Positions 37,775 to 48,534 are shown, counted from the stretch's first letter. The stretch: 64,000 nt of DNA from a bacterium (GCA_021813945.1 JAKAJD010000001.1:73744-137743); one strand, 5' to 3'. Notes: generated from the sequence alone by a model not told the origin. A program made the numbers and translations.

Positions 37775-39343
37775 GTGTCAGGGCTTACAAAACTTTTGAT
37801 AGCGGCCGCTTTTTTAAACGGCTTATCCTGGATTGTTCTCATACCAATCTGGCAATATCCAGACGAACAATCCCATTTCGCACAAGTTCAAGATATTGCA
37901 GAATTGAAAAACAACCCCAAAACAGGGTTTAACACTTCTTTGGAAATTGCCACTGCCGAAAGATTATTAGGCACAGAACGTGACGGCTTAGGAAATAACC
38001 AGTTTACCTATCAGCCCTATTACCACATCGATTATTCAAACACAAAAGATGGTTTATATGAAAATTTTATTAGCAATCTTCCCAAAGATAGTAGAACATC
38101 CATGGTCAAATGGGAAGCAACCCAAAACCCTCCCCTTTATCATATAATGGCCTCAAATTTCTACAGGCTCACAACAAGAAATAATCTTTTCACAAGGGTC
38201 TATGCTATTAGAATTTTCTCTCTTTTAATTTACCTAGCCTTAATATTAATCTTGACCAATGCTTCTAAATTAATATTTGCTAAAGAAAAAGAGGCTCAAA
38301 CAATTTTGCCAGGGATAATTGCTTTTACGCCAATGCTAGTTTTTTCAACCACGGGCGTCTTGCCTGACCCGCTTACTATCTTTCTTTTTACGGCTATTTT
38401 TACCGTTTGTTTGCACCTTATAAGAACTAAAATATCTCTTTCTCACATAATATTACTTGCAGTTCTCAATACCCTTGGAATTTTCACAAGACAACAGTTT
38501 GAAATAGCAATGCCCATCTCACTGCTTGCTGTAATTTATGGTTTGTATCAGCTAACACCAAAAAGTAAAAAATTAGCCTTTTGGGCTGGCCTTTTTCTTC
38601 TTGCGGCAATTTCCGTTGTTTCAATTAAAATCCATCCAGGTATTTTAACGTTTCCTGAAATAGGAATACCGAATCTAGCCCTCATTTTTACAAGTCAATT
38701 CGTTAGCTACTTGGTATCAAGCCTCAAACATTATTACAGTCAAACATTACCTTGGTACTGGGGCGTTTATAAATGGCTTTCATTTACTATGCCCCATATC
38801 TATTACCAGGTTATAAATCGAATTATTGTGCTAGCTTTGTTTGGTTTACTCATTTTTGCAGTTAAAATTATAAAAAATCGCAAACTTACAAAAACCGCTC
38901 TGCTTCTGATTTTTTTGATTATCTCCTGCTTCCTGTATTTTGCGATATTCCTCTTGTGGGACTTTTATTTTCAAAAACAATACGGGTATTCTTTTGGAGT
39001 TCAAGGTCGATATTTCTTGCCTTTTGTGCTGCCCTTGTCTGCTATTTTATTTTTTGGCCTTAGAGAATTATTTAAGATTTTTCTTAAAAATAATTTGCCA
39101 TATTTTTATTTTACGATTGCCTTTATAATGATCATTTTCAACGATGCTTCCTTAGCATATGTTTCTTCAACTTATTATTTTACTTCGAATATTCATGTTT
39201 TCATTAATCAAGCCAGTCAATACAAACCTGAAATATTTAAGGGCAACACCATAATTATTCTTATTTGTCTTGCCCTGTTGCTTCAAGTCTTATATTTATA
39301 TAAACTTCTAAGATATTCATTTAGCGCAAATGAAAGCAATTGA
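37775..39343 (+). CDS. polytopic membrane protein, putative GT-C
   Basis: WQYPDEQSHFAQ (DE motif) after the first helix. More than 12 TM helices. The track start (GTG 37649) overlaps the divergent gene by 74 nt; in-frame GTG 37775 or TTG 37796 are more plausible. No ATG is available. Confidence 0.4.
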   Translation: MSGLTKLLIAAAFLNGLSWIVLIPIWQYPDEQSHFAQVQDIAELKNNPKTGFNTSLEIATAERLLGTERDGLGNNQFTYQPYYHIDYSNTKDGLYENFISNLPKDSRTSMVKWEATQNPPLYHIMASNFYRLTTRNNLFTRVYAIRIFSLLIYLALILILTNASKLIFAKEKEAQTILPGIIAFTPMLVFSTTGVLPDPLTIFLFTAIFTVCLHLIRTKISLSHIILLAVLNTLGIFTRQQFEIAMPISLLAVIYGLYQLTPKSKKLAFWAGLFLLAAISVVSIKIHPGILTFPEIGIPNLALIFTSQFVSYLVSSLKHYYSQTLPWYWGVYKWLSFTMPHIYYQVINRIIVLALFGLLIFAVKIIKNRKLTKTALLLIFLIISCFLYFAIFLLWDFYFQKQYGYSFGVQGRYFLPFVLPLSAILFFGLRELFKIFLKNNLPYFYFTIAFIMIIFNDASLAYVSSTYYFTSNIHVFINQASQYKPEIFKGNTIIILICLALLLQVLYLYKLLRYSFSANESN

Positions 39344-39884
39344 CGAAACCGGAGCCAAAAAGACAATAAGATTTGTACTCTATGTGTTTTACGAGGTGTT
39401 AATACACAGAATAATTAGCCACCTTTTGTATTTTCCTCAAGTAAGAAAATTTTCTCTTCAAATATTAGGATCCAAAATCGGCAATGATTCAATAATTATG
39501 GACGTCAAATTTTTTAATTGGCACCATACTGGGCCAAAGGGTCTAAAAATTGGCGATAGGTGCTTCATTGGAGATGAGGCGATGTTAGATCTTTATGATA
39601 ATGTGACACTTGAAAACGATGTTACATTAGCTCAGCGAGTCTTAGTATTAACGCATATGAATGTGGGATACAAAAATCATCCATTGCAAAAATACTTCCC
39701 CAAAGTTTCAAAGCCCGTTGTTCTTAAAGAAGGCTGCTTTATAGGAGCATCAGTAACGATATTGCCGGGTGTTACAGTAGGTGAGCGTTCTTTTGTTGCG
39801 GCCGGGTCTATAGTTACATCTAATATTCCCAAAGAAAGCGTTTTTGCAGGTGTGCCTGCTAAGCTGATTCGAAAGATTAAATAA
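39330..39884 (+). CDS. left-handed beta-helix (hexapeptide) sugar O-acetyltransferase
   Basis: Hexapeptide repeats GDRCFIGDEAMLDLYDNVTLENDVTL ... EGCFIGASVTILPGVTVGERSFVAAGSIV. Confidence 0.75.
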   Translation: MKAIDETGAKKTIRFVLYVFYEVLIHRIISHLLYFPQVRKFSLQILGSKIGNDSIIMDVKFFNWHHTGPKGLKIGDRCFIGDEAMLDLYDNVTLENDVTLAQRVLVLTHMNVGYKNHPLQKYFPKVSKPVVLKEGCFIGASVTILPGVTVGERSFVAAGSIVTSNIPKESVFAGVPAKLIRKIK

Positions 39885-40459
39885 TGGCTTCTGACAATTC
39901 ATACTTGTACCATAGGTTAAGATCTTTAATACTGCCTCTTTATCAAATAGATCAAGAGTTGCCTAAAAAAGGCAAAATAACCGAATTAGGCTGTGGCCAG
40001 GGTATCATTTCAAAATACCTCTCAAAGGAAAAAAAAAGAGAAATTACAGGAATCGATATGGATAAAAAAAGAATTCCTAAATTCAGCAATTCAAATCTTA
40101 AATTTAAAGTTGCAGACATCACAAAAATCAAATATCCGAAACAAGACGCATTTGTTATTTCTGATGTTCTCCACCATCTTAGCCATAAAGATCAAAAAAA
40201 TTTATTATCAAATATCTTTAAATCTACCAACAAAAACGGTTTTCTGGTTATCAAAGAAATAGACGCAGAAGATTTTCTTAGAAGTAAACTCTCAAGATTT
40301 TGGGATTTCATTTTTTATCCAAAGGACAGAATCAGTTATCAAAAATCCAGTGAACTTAAAAAATATCTTAGAAAACTTGGCTTCGATGTAAATGTAAAAA
40401 AAGCGTGCCAATTATTTCCGGGTTCGACAATACTTTTTGTTTGCAAGAAGAATGGCTAA
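39884..40459 (+). CDS. class I SAM-dependent methyltransferase
   Basis: Motif I ITELGCGQGII. DAFVISDVLHHL. TAATG coupling to the upstream gene. Confidence 0.65.
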   Translation: MASDNSYLYHRLRSLILPLYQIDQELPKKGKITELGCGQGIISKYLSKEKKREITGIDMDKKRIPKFSNSNLKFKVADITKIKYPKQDAFVISDVLHHLSHKDQKNLLSNIFKSTNKNGFLVIKEIDAEDFLRSKLSRFWDFIFYPKDRISYQKSSELKKYLRKLGFDVNVKKACQLFPGSTILFVCKKNG

Positions 40460-42032
40460 GTTATTCAAGAAATTTTGGCCATTATTTGTAATTATTGCTT
40501 TAGCGATAGTCTTGCGGGTTGTAAAACTTCAGAATCTTTTTTATTTTACTTACGACGAATCAATCCCCGCATTTGTAGGTAGAAGATTAATACTTTGGCA
40601 TCACTTACCCTTAATTGGAGGAGCCACTCCTTTTGGTTTTCATTTGGCCCCCTATTTTTACTGGTTTTTGGCGAGCATACTTTTTTTTGGCAAATTAAAT
40701 CCGATAGCTTGGGGTTATGCCGGGGCTCTCTTATCAACTATCACGACTTATTTAATTTACAGGGTAGGATCAACATTCCAAAATAAAAAACTGGGAATAA
40801 CCGCTGCAATTTTTTGGGCGTTTTCATATCTTGCCAATGTATATGATAGACATCTTTGGGCATTGTATTGGGGACCCCTACTTTCTCTTGTTGTTATCCT
40901 TTGTCTTTACAAATTAATAAAAGGTAAAGAAAATTTCATTTTTGCGCTATCTGCTGCTCTAGTTTGGGGTATAACAACTGATCCTTCCAATCTAATCTTT
41001 GTAATTTTGACCATTATCGTATTTGTTATCTACAAGCTACCTTTAACGAAAAAAACAGTCTTAGCAATAGTCATTTTTTTATTATCGTTTTCTCCTTTGG
41101 TTTATTTTGATCTTCGCCATAACTTTGCAAACACAAAACCTGTATTAAATTTCCTAAAAGCAGGAAAGAACAATCCGGGCTTCACGAGAGCATCGTTCGA
41201 TCAAAATTTCCTATTATTCCCCAGAACTTTTACTCGGCTAATATACAAATTCGGTGACAATGAAATTTCCAAACAATACTCATATTGCAGGGCCTACATA
41301 ACCGAGAAATTTCGTGCGATTCCCGAAGTTTTTGTGTTTTCGTCTTCGGTAATCTTAATCGGATTTACACTCTGGTCTTTTAAAAGGAAAAATCGAAATA
41401 CTTGGCAAGTCGTTGGCATCCTCGTTGTGCTTTATCTCTTCGGTATCCAATTATACGGGACAATTCTAAAAGCTGACATTTTCGAACATTACATAACAGG
41501 ACTTTTTGCCATATTTTTGTTGATATTTGCAAAAATTATTTCCCATCTTCCAAAAAAATCTTGGGTTTTAGCTATCGCATTTTTTATTTTTTTCAATCTT
41601 CAAAAATTGGCTGCAGCGCAAAACGGTTTAGGTTTAACCGAAAAAAAGGCGGCCGTTAACTTTACCTTGAATGAAGTCGGAAACGAACCCTTTTCATTGG
41701 AATCGTTATCAACCTGCTGGAAATATTCAGGCTATCGTTATTTGTTTGCAGCTTTTGGTAGGGAGCCGGTCAAAAGTTATGTTGACCCAAATTTTAGTTA
41801 TCTCTACGGCACAACTGCTGTTTGGGACCATCATCCAAAAACTATCGCGGCTTTCGTAATCCATGATTTTGCTCCAGAGACAGAAGCTTTTTATCAAAAG
41901 TACGCCCTATACAAATCACACGAAATAAAAAGTGCTTTATTTGGGAATCTAGAAGTTATAATAATGGATAATACTTCCGGGTGGTTTGATGAGCCGGTAA
42001 TTAATTCTTTTAGGCAACCCATTCAAAGTTAA
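40452..42032 (+). CDS. GT-C membrane glycosyltransferase, ArnT/PMT_2-like
   Basis: YFTYDESIPAFVGRR (DE motif) after the first helix. About 12 TM helices plus a soluble C-terminal ~140 aa. The track start is TTG 40437; the first ATG (MAKLFKKFWPLF) is at 40452. Confidence 0.5.
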   Translation: MAKLFKKFWPLFVIIALAIVLRVVKLQNLFYFTYDESIPAFVGRRLILWHHLPLIGGATPFGFHLAPYFYWFLASILFFGKLNPIAWGYAGALLSTITTYLIYRVGSTFQNKKLGITAAIFWAFSYLANVYDRHLWALYWGPLLSLVVILCLYKLIKGKENFIFALSAALVWGITTDPSNLIFVILTIIVFVIYKLPLTKKTVLAIVIFLLSFSPLVYFDLRHNFANTKPVLNFLKAGKNNPGFTRASFDQNFLLFPRTFTRLIYKFGDNEISKQYSYCRAYITEKFRAIPEVFVFSSSVILIGFTLWSFKRKNRNTWQVVGILVVLYLFGIQLYGTILKADIFEHYITGLFAIFLLIFAKIISHLPKKSWVLAIAFFIFFNLQKLAAAQNGLGLTEKKAAVNFTLNEVGNEPFSLESLSTCWKYSGYRYLFAAFGREPVKSYVDPNFSYLYGTTAVWDHHPKTIAAFVIHDFAPETEAFYQKYALYKSHEIKSALFGNLEVIIMDNTSGWFDEPVINSFRQPIQS

Positions 42033-43092
42033 AAAATCGCATTAAAAGATAAGATTGAAAAAGCATTGCCAAGAAAATATAGAAATAGAAAAATAGTTTA
42101 CGCTTCGCCAAAAAATCTCCGAATGGAATAAATAATGGAAATGCAGCTAAAATTTCCCTTAAGCCGCCTAAATATGTGCCTGAATAGAGGGGTACTACAA
42201 TCGTCAACAGGCTATAAAGCCAAAGCGGTTTGTTGATTTTTTTGAATCCGACAATTGCCAGAAGCAAAAGAAAAGGTGTAACGCCGACCTGCAAAAGATT
42301 TATTGGCACCGGTTTATATGAACCGAAAACTTGCCCGATTACTACCATGGATTCTTTAAACAATTGTAGAAACGACAAAACGCCTATATGCCGTCCCCAG
42401 CCAGTAGTCTGTGCCGTTGCAAAAAGAGTAATATTCCCGAATGCAAAATAAAGATAAACAGAATAGGCTATGAGACCGATTGCGGAAACAGGCAGTGTCC
42501 ACCAGTATTTTTTTAGGTTTTCTTTACCAGACAAGATCAATTTTAAACCAAGGTAAAGAGTAAGTAGAATTCCTATTGGCCTAGTTGCGCTTGCAAGTGA
42601 CGCAACCAAAGCCCCTTTGGCATATTGCCTCTTTTCAATGAACAGAAGGGATATTGCAGAAAGCGCCAGAAACAATGGCTCTGAAAATGCGCCATTAAGT
42701 AAAGAGCTTGATGGAAAAGCTAAAAATATTAAAATAACCTCCCCCTTTATTTTAGAATAGCCTAAAACAGTGATAAGTCTTTCATACGCCAAAACAAAAA
42801 CAAGCATAAAAAAACCAACAGCTATTTTTGCAACAACCGGATTAGTCCCCAAAATTCTAACTACCAATGGCCACAAAGGAAAAAACGCTGCGCTTTCACC
42901 TCTATATCCATTTTTTGCAATAGCCATATAGTGGGCTGTATCAGCATTCGTAGTCCAAATAAGGGTAAATCTTTGTGTCAGCGTTGCCCAGGAAAGTACC
43001 TGGTTTGGATAAAGCATCGAAGGGAAAATAATTATTTCAAAAATATGAATTGCGACAATCCATCCTACAAAAATCGCAAGTGCCGTTTTCAT
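42010..43092 (-). CDS. PIG-V/GT76-like mannosyltransferase-family membrane protein
   Basis: TNADTAHYMAIAKNGYRGESAAFFPLWPLVV resembles the D-x-x-HY-x-IA-x-x-GY ... FFP motif of the PIG-V family. The track start is TTG 43125; the first ATG (MKTALAIF) is at 43092. Confidence 0.5.
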   Translation of the reverse strand: MKTALAIFVGWIVAIHIFEIIIFPSMLYPNQVLSWATLTQRFTLIWTTNADTAHYMAIAKNGYRGESAAFFPLWPLVVRILGTNPVVAKIAVGFFMLVFVLAYERLITVLGYSKIKGEVILIFLAFPSSSLLNGAFSEPLFLALSAISLLFIEKRQYAKGALVASLASATRPIGILLTLYLGLKLILSGKENLKKYWWTLPVSAIGLIAYSVYLYFAFGNITLFATAQTTGWGRHIGVLSFLQLFKESMVVIGQVFGSYKPVPINLLQVGVTPFLLLLAIVGFKKINKPLWLYSLLTIVVPLYSGTYLGGLREILAAFPLFIPFGDFLAKRKLFFYFYIFLAMLFQSYLLMRFFNFEWVA

Positions 43093-43227
43093 TAACTTAT
43101 TTACCCAACAGTCTACACAAATCAAATCCTCTAAATCAACGATAAGAATTTTAGCTTGTATTAATTAGTTTGGGGAACTTTAAAATAGTAGAAACGCAAA
43201 TTTTTAAATTGTATACTTCTACGTGTA

Positions 43228-44475
43228 ATGGCTTCACATCTAAAGGGACTGATATTTTCAGATACAGGTAAAGATACGCTGATAGTATCCGTGGGTACAT
43301 TAATAAACGTTGTTGCTGGTAGCGCTTTTTTTATCTTGGTGCCGCGCCTATTAGGACCAATAAATTTTGGGATCTTCTCAGCCGTTATTGCAACGGGACT
43401 TTTTCTTTCGGCAATAGCAAATTTTGGTATTGACACTGGTGTTCTGAATTTTGCAAAAAATAGCGCTAAATCTAATGAGGTATTTTCTATTGCAATCAAG
43501 TCGTATATATTTTTAGGAACAATTGCAGCTGTTTTAGGATTTATTTTATCTAAACCTCTTGCAAGCTTCTTGGGTCAGCCGCAAATAGCAACATTATTAA
43601 ATATCGCCTTTCTTTTTACCATTATTTCACTGATCACAAATTTTTACGTCGCCGCACTTCAGTCCAGAAAGGAATTCGTTAAAGCTTCAATTGTAAGTAT
43701 TGCATCCAACATGGCAAGAATTATTATTCTTCTAATCTCCGCCTATTTTTTTGTAGTTGGATTGTATTTTGTAACTATACTTTTTTTCTCTGCAAACATA
43801 ATTTCAATTTTCGCCGGTACCCTCTTTCTGAAGTTTGATTATGTTTCAAAAACAGATTTAAAAATTGCTGCGTTTCACAGATATAATTTTTGGATTGCGC
43901 TTTCTCTTATCGTATCTTCGATACCTTTTGACAATTATTTATTACTAAAACTCTCGGGACCGTTTCAGGCAGGGTTATACGCTGCCTCATTTAAAATTCT
44001 TACATTTGCGTATCAGTTTGGAGGAAATTTTACCAGGGTGCTTGCACCTAGATTGGCCTCGTTCGACTCAAATCAAAAGGCAAAAAGCTTTTCCATTAAA
44101 AGTCTCCCCTTTACATTTGCTGCTGTTCTTGGACTTTTTGTATTGATTTTACTCTCACATCCTCTCACCAAGCTTCTTTTTGGCAAGAGCTTCATTCAAT
44201 CAGGCTCGATAATGCAGGTGCTGGCAGTTGGTTTTATGTTTTTCTTTGCTGCAACAATACCGTCCTCTTTAATCCTCTATTACTTTGGCAAATCTAGTAT
44301 CTCGTTTTTAATTACAGCAATAAGGTACATTACATTTGTAATTCTGCTTATTTTGTTTATCCCAAGGCTTAATGCAACAGGGGCCGCATATGCATTCAGC
44401 CTAAGCGAAGCACTGTCATTTGTTTTGATGACAACATACGTTGTTTTTAAATTCAAAAATGGATACTCCAATTAA
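43228..44475 (+). CDS. Wzx-like oligosaccharide flippase / polysaccharide biosynthesis protein (MOP superfamily)
   Basis: 415 aa with about 12 TM helices throughout. Typical N-terminus GTLINVVAGSAFFILVPRLLGPINFGIFSA. Confidence 0.6.
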   Translation: MASHLKGLIFSDTGKDTLIVSVGTLINVVAGSAFFILVPRLLGPINFGIFSAVIATGLFLSAIANFGIDTGVLNFAKNSAKSNEVFSIAIKSYIFLGTIAAVLGFILSKPLASFLGQPQIATLLNIAFLFTIISLITNFYVAALQSRKEFVKASIVSIASNMARIIILLISAYFFVVGLYFVTILFFSANIISIFAGTLFLKFDYVSKTDLKIAAFHRYNFWIALSLIVSSIPFDNYLLLKLSGPFQAGLYAASFKILTFAYQFGGNFTRVLAPRLASFDSNQKAKSFSIKSLPFTFAAVLGLFVLILLSHPLTKLLFGKSFIQSGSIMQVLAVGFMFFFAATIPSSLILYYFGKSSISFLITAIRYITFVILLILFIPRLNATGAAYAFSLSEALSFVLMTTYVVFKFKNGYSN

Positions 44476-45184
44476 GCTTTCAGTAATTATCCCTTGCTAT
44501 AACGAGAAAGGTAGATTCGTGGAAGGTATAGGGCATCTCTTAAGTTATCTAAATAAACAAAAAAACGGCTGGGAATTAATATTGGTTAATGATGGATCAT
44601 CAGACGAAACGCTGAATCTCATGAAAGAGGTTGTCAACAGAAATGTCAAAATAATTTCTTATGCAAAAAATAAAGGAAAAGGTCATGCGATAAAAATAGG
44701 GGTTGAAAGGGCAAAGGGTGAGATAATTTTATTTTCAGACCTGGACCACTCAGTTCCCATTTCTACGATTGAGTCATTTTACAAATACTTTGAAAAAGGA
44801 TATGACGTTGTCATTGGTTCAAGGAGGGTCAAGGGCTCAAAATTTGTTAAGCACCAACCTCCGCTTCGAGAGAACTTGGGTCGGGGGTTCAGTTTTCTGG
44901 TCAGAATATTAATAGACTGGCAGATTAAAGATGCTACTTGTGGTTTTAAAGCTTTCAAAAAAGAGCCTGCAAAAAAACTTTTTTCAAAAATTTCCATCTA
45001 CGATTGGGCTTTTGACGCTGAACTTTTGTTTTTATGCAAAAAATATGGTTTCAAATATGTTCAAGCCCCTGTTGTCTGGAAAGATGAAAAAGGGTCAAAA
45101 GTTTCTATTGCTCGTGATGTTATTGGATCACTTTTCGGCTTAATAAAAATAAGAATTAATGATATTAATAAAAAGTATTTATAA
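44459..45184 (+). CDS. GT2 glycosyltransferase, short DPM1-like polyprenyl-phosphate sugar synthase
   Basis: SVIIPCYNE ... LVNDGSSDET ... SDLDHS motifs. The track start is TTG 44441; the first ATG is at 44459. Confidence 0.75.
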   Translation: MDTPIKLSVIIPCYNEKGRFVEGIGHLLSYLNKQKNGWELILVNDGSSDETLNLMKEVVNRNVKIISYAKNKGKGHAIKIGVERAKGEIILFSDLDHSVPISTIESFYKYFEKGYDVVIGSRRVKGSKFVKHQPPLRENLGRGFSFLVRILIDWQIKDATCGFKAFKKEPAKKLFSKISIYDWAFDAELLFLCKKYGFKYVQAPVVWKDEKGSKVSIARDVIGSLFGLIKIRINDINKKYL

Positions 45185-46568
45185 ATTTAAAGAAATATTT
45201 TTGCTGCCATTGGTGCTTTTGCATCTTATTTTGCTTATCAATACAAAATTCACTCTTTGGCCAGAAATGGTGGTTTACCCATATCTTGCCAACAACGGCT
45301 TCCGCCTGTATCAAGATATAATAAATCCTTATCCACCAGCTTTCCTTCTTTTTTTAAATATTTTTGGCAAATTTTTTGGTTATTTTCCTCTTCCGTTCCA
45401 ATTATTAACCTGGGTAATCATCGTTTTATGCGATTTTTCAATTTATATTACGGTTCTTAAAATTACCAAAAACTACTATAATGCCGCATTAGCTAGTTTA
45501 TTTTTCGTAATATTTTCTGTTCCTTTTGGGATAAACGGTTTATGGTTTGACCTTGTTCAAACGCCGTTTCTGATTTTTTCTATATATTATTTTTACAAAT
45601 ATTTAAATTTTAAAAAAATCATTGATTTTCAAAAATCATTTTATTTAGTTGTTATCAGTTTTTTTATAAAGCAGCAGGTGCTTTGGATTGTAATATTTTA
45701 TTTGGCTTTTATTATCGTAAAAGAAAAGGCGAGGATATTTAAAATTGCAAAAGATTTACTTTATCCGTTCGGATTGTTTTGTTTTCTTCTTTTAATACAA
45801 TTTGCATATTTTTATAAGCTTGGCACTTTGAAAGATTTTATTTTTTGGACAATTTATCAACCTCTTATATTAGGCTCATCTTTACCGGGATATGTTTTAT
45901 TACCTTCAATAAAACAAATATTAATTGCTCTTATACCTCTTCTATTTGCTTGGTCAATGAATTTATTTTCAAAACCAAAAAATTTAATTCTCATGATCTT
46001 ACCGGTGCCACTCATTTTATTTGCTTTCCCAAGATTTGATTATTTCCATCTTATCTCTTACCTAGCGGGAGTTTCCTTGGTAATCGGCGTAACCTTTAAA
46101 TTTTCAAAGAATTCTCAAATCAAACAACTATTTATACCTTTAGGATTGGCAGCTTTGCTAATTATATTTTCTGTACACTTTTTTAAATCAAATTGGCAGC
46201 AACCAGTACGTTTTTTCGAAAGGGATACTTTGTCTGCTGCTGCTTTTTTAGATACAGTAACTACTAAAGATTCTTTAATTTATATTCAAAACGGTCCAGA
46301 TCAGCTCCTTCCCCTGGCAGATCGTTTACCACCAAAACCTTGGGCTATTCAGTTCCCATGGTATATGGAAATAGGCGATTTACAATCAAGAACGGTTGCT
46401 TCAATCCGTAACAAAAATCCACAATTCGTGGTTTTTAAACCTTATGATCAAAAAGCTAAATACGATCTTGGTTCGTATAGGCCAACGTTAATTGCGAGTT
46501 ATCTGGACGAAAACTATCAAAATTTAATCCAGATCAATAGCACCCTATGGTTAAGAGTAAAAAAATAG
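45159..46568 (+). CDS. polytopic membrane protein, DUF2029/GT87-like putative GT-C
   Basis: LYQDIINPYPPAFLLFL (YPP motif). About 12 TM helices. Soluble C-terminal ~110 aa. Confidence 0.4.
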   Translation: MILIKSIYKFKEIFLLPLVLLHLILLINTKFTLWPEMVVYPYLANNGFRLYQDIINPYPPAFLLFLNIFGKFFGYFPLPFQLLTWVIIVLCDFSIYITVLKITKNYYNAALASLFFVIFSVPFGINGLWFDLVQTPFLIFSIYYFYKYLNFKKIIDFQKSFYLVVISFFIKQQVLWIVIFYLAFIIVKEKARIFKIAKDLLYPFGLFCFLLLIQFAYFYKLGTLKDFIFWTIYQPLILGSSLPGYVLLPSIKQILIALIPLLFAWSMNLFSKPKNLILMILPVPLILFAFPRFDYFHLISYLAGVSLVIGVTFKFSKNSQIKQLFIPLGLAALLIIFSVHFFKSNWQQPVRFFERDTLSAAAFLDTVTTKDSLIYIQNGPDQLLPLADRLPPKPWAIQFPWYMEIGDLQSRTVASIRNKNPQFVVFKPYDQKAKYDLGSYRPTLIASYLDENYQNLIQINSTLWLRVKK

Positions 46569-48484
46569 AAGAGTTACCACAGATCGTACTTCTAGGAGTT
46601 ATCTGCTTGCTCTTTTTGCTACCATTTTTAGCCCATCCAACCTTTTTGTCATTAAAAGACAACGACTTGGGCAGAACCTACATCCCTCTTTACACATCAG
46701 TTAGGAATTCGTTCTTATCCTACAAAAGCATTCCACTTTGGCGAAGCGATCAGATGATGGGGGAATCATTGGTTTCAAACCCTCTGTCAAGCATTTTTTA
46801 TCCTGGCAATATTTTATTTTTAATCTTTTCTGCAAGTTTCGCAGCGGCAGTTTATTATCTTCTACATTTTTTACTAGCAGCTTTTGCAACCTTTTATCTT
46901 GCAAGATCATTTGGTTTTCAAAAGTTACAATCTTTCGCGGCGGCACTTTTTTATGCGTTTTCAACAAAAATGCTTTTGCATGTATCCGCAGGTCACATTA
47001 CTATGGTGGCGGCATTTTCGTATTTCCCACTGATTTTTTTATCGATCCGCCAGCTTTTAAATAAGCCGTCACTTAAGTGGTTGGTCGTGGGATCATTTTC
47101 ATTAGCGTCTGCTTTAATCTTATATGCAACAATTTTTTACTACATTGCCATCTTCTCTTTTGTTTACATAACCTACTTTCTAATCTCTCAAAGGAAACGG
47201 ACAACATCCAAAAAACTCACAAACCACATTAAAATCTTGATAGCACTTGGATTGTTAACATTAGGACTGTCGGCAATCGAATTTATCCCTCAAATCCTTT
47301 TTGGCCCCCAATCAACCAGATCAGCCCTATCCTATCAAGACGTGGCTCTGCCTCTTTTCAACTTTAAACGCTATCTTACAAGTTTGCTGTTTCCTTATTT
47401 AGATTTTAGGAATTTGGATCATGAATCCTTTCTTTATTTGGGTTTCATCCCAATTGTTTTATCCGTATGGGGATTTCTCTCTTTACCTACCAGAAAAAAA
47501 ATCGTTGTGAGTCTCATTGGGTTTCTTACAATCTTATTTACGCTTGGCCAGTCCACGCCTGTTTTTAAAATTGCATATTATATTTTGCCGCTCTTGAAAT
47601 ACAGCCGCATCACGACGAGAATCTGGTTTGCGATTGCCCTGGTTGCAGCGTTACTTTCAGCCTACGCACTTGGAAAAATTAAAAACCAAAAAATTGTTTA
47701 TTTAATTCTCGCACTGTTTTTAATTGAAAATATTTCAATAGGATACGCTAAAATTTTTCAAATATCTGATTTAAAAAATAACAATATTAGCATGTATCAA
47801 TATCTTGCAGCGGACAATGATGTCTTCAGGATCTATTGCACGACATACTGCTTTAATCCGCAGCTGCTTCAAAAATATCATTTGCAAATCCTAAACGGAG
47901 AAAGCCCAATTCAAGACAAAAATTTTGTAACATTTCTTGCCCAGGCGGGCGGCTATTCTTGGGATAAGTTTGCCGTGATTTTTCCGCCTTATCAAATCTG
48001 GCAGGTATCAAACCCACCAATGCCCAGGGCAGATTTATTGGGCTTAGCCAATGTAAAATACATTGCATCGACGTACCCGCTCAACAATAATGGTTTCCAG
48101 CCCCAAAACAAATTCGATGATATTTTCCTTTATAAAAACATGTTCTATAAATCCCGTGCCTACTTCGAAAACTTAGATGCCCCGGTTAATTTAATAAAAT
48201 ATGAGCCAAACCGCATTATTCTTACATTTAAAAGTGCTGATACTCCAAGAAAACTAGTTTTTTCTGAAGATTACGCCCCCGGTTGGATAGCAACTCACAA
48301 CTTTCAAGACTATAAGATGGAGCCTTATCAAGGTACCTTTAGAAGTATAACGGTTCCTCCAGGTATATCATCCATAGAGCAAGAGTACACGCCGCAAGGT
48401 TTTATGGTTGGAAAGATAGCAACAGTAGCAACGATTGTGTTTTTAGTGATTTTCTTCTGGTATACTCGTAAAAAATTAGCATAA
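46547..48484 (+). CDS. YfhO-like large membrane protein (GT-C-type glycosyl transferase family)
   Basis: 645 aa. N-terminal region PLWRSDQMMGESLVSNPLSSIFYPGNILFL resembles the YfhO family pattern. Many TM helices plus a C-terminal soluble domain with a terminal TM anchor. Confidence 0.5.
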   Translation: MVKSKKIEELPQIVLLGVICLLFLLPFLAHPTFLSLKDNDLGRTYIPLYTSVRNSFLSYKSIPLWRSDQMMGESLVSNPLSSIFYPGNILFLIFSASFAAAVYYLLHFLLAAFATFYLARSFGFQKLQSFAAALFYAFSTKMLLHVSAGHITMVAAFSYFPLIFLSIRQLLNKPSLKWLVVGSFSLASALILYATIFYYIAIFSFVYITYFLISQRKRTTSKKLTNHIKILIALGLLTLGLSAIEFIPQILFGPQSTRSALSYQDVALPLFNFKRYLTSLLFPYLDFRNLDHESFLYLGFIPIVLSVWGFLSLPTRKKIVVSLIGFLTILFTLGQSTPVFKIAYYILPLLKYSRITTRIWFAIALVAALLSAYALGKIKNQKIVYLILALFLIENISIGYAKIFQISDLKNNNISMYQYLAADNDVFRIYCTTYCFNPQLLQKYHLQILNGESPIQDKNFVTFLAQAGGYSWDKFAVIFPPYQIWQVSNPPMPRADLLGLANVKYIASTYPLNNNGFQPQNKFDDIFLYKNMFYKSRAYFENLDAPVNLIKYEPNRIILTFKSADTPRKLVFSEDYAPGWIATHNFQDYKMEPYQGTFRSITVPPGISSIEQEYTPQGFMVGKIATVATIVFLVIFFWYTRKKLA

Positions 48485-48534
48485 TGGCAAAAATTTGTTT
48501 TTTAAGTTTTTTAGGCCCGCAGTCCAAAGGATGA
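48484..48534 (+). other. 16-codon mini-ORF (MAKICFLSFLGPQSKG) that duplicates the 5-prime end of the downstream GT4 gene
   Basis: Its ATG overlaps the stop of the YfhO-like gene (TAATG). The first 30 nt are about 22/30 identical to the first 30 nt of the gene at 48557 (MSKIAFLSFY). Its TGA stop lies in the loop of the hairpin at 48519-48541. Confidence 0.4.

Noticed and set aside
37649-37775. Upstream GTG start (37649) of the plus-strand GT-C gene, giving a 74-nt antisense overlap with the divergent membrane-protein gene
   Set aside because: The extended N-terminus (MKNPAPKTKIAPKKRAIKTRVFIF...) is Lys-rich, non-hydrophobic and encoded antisense to a convincing TM N-terminus. The in-frame GTG 37775 or TTG 37796 is more plausible, though no ATG exists, so the true start remains uncertain.
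43156-43186. Possible promoter TTGTAT-N19-TAAAAT for the Wzx-like gene at 43228
   Set aside because: The spacer is 2 nt longer than optimal, and many TA-rich hexamers occur by chance here. Not confident enough to list as a feature.
43161-43499. 112-aa minus-strand ORF overlapping the start of the Wzx-like gene
   Set aside because: It overlaps the well-supported flippase gene on the other strand, and no motif was recognised.
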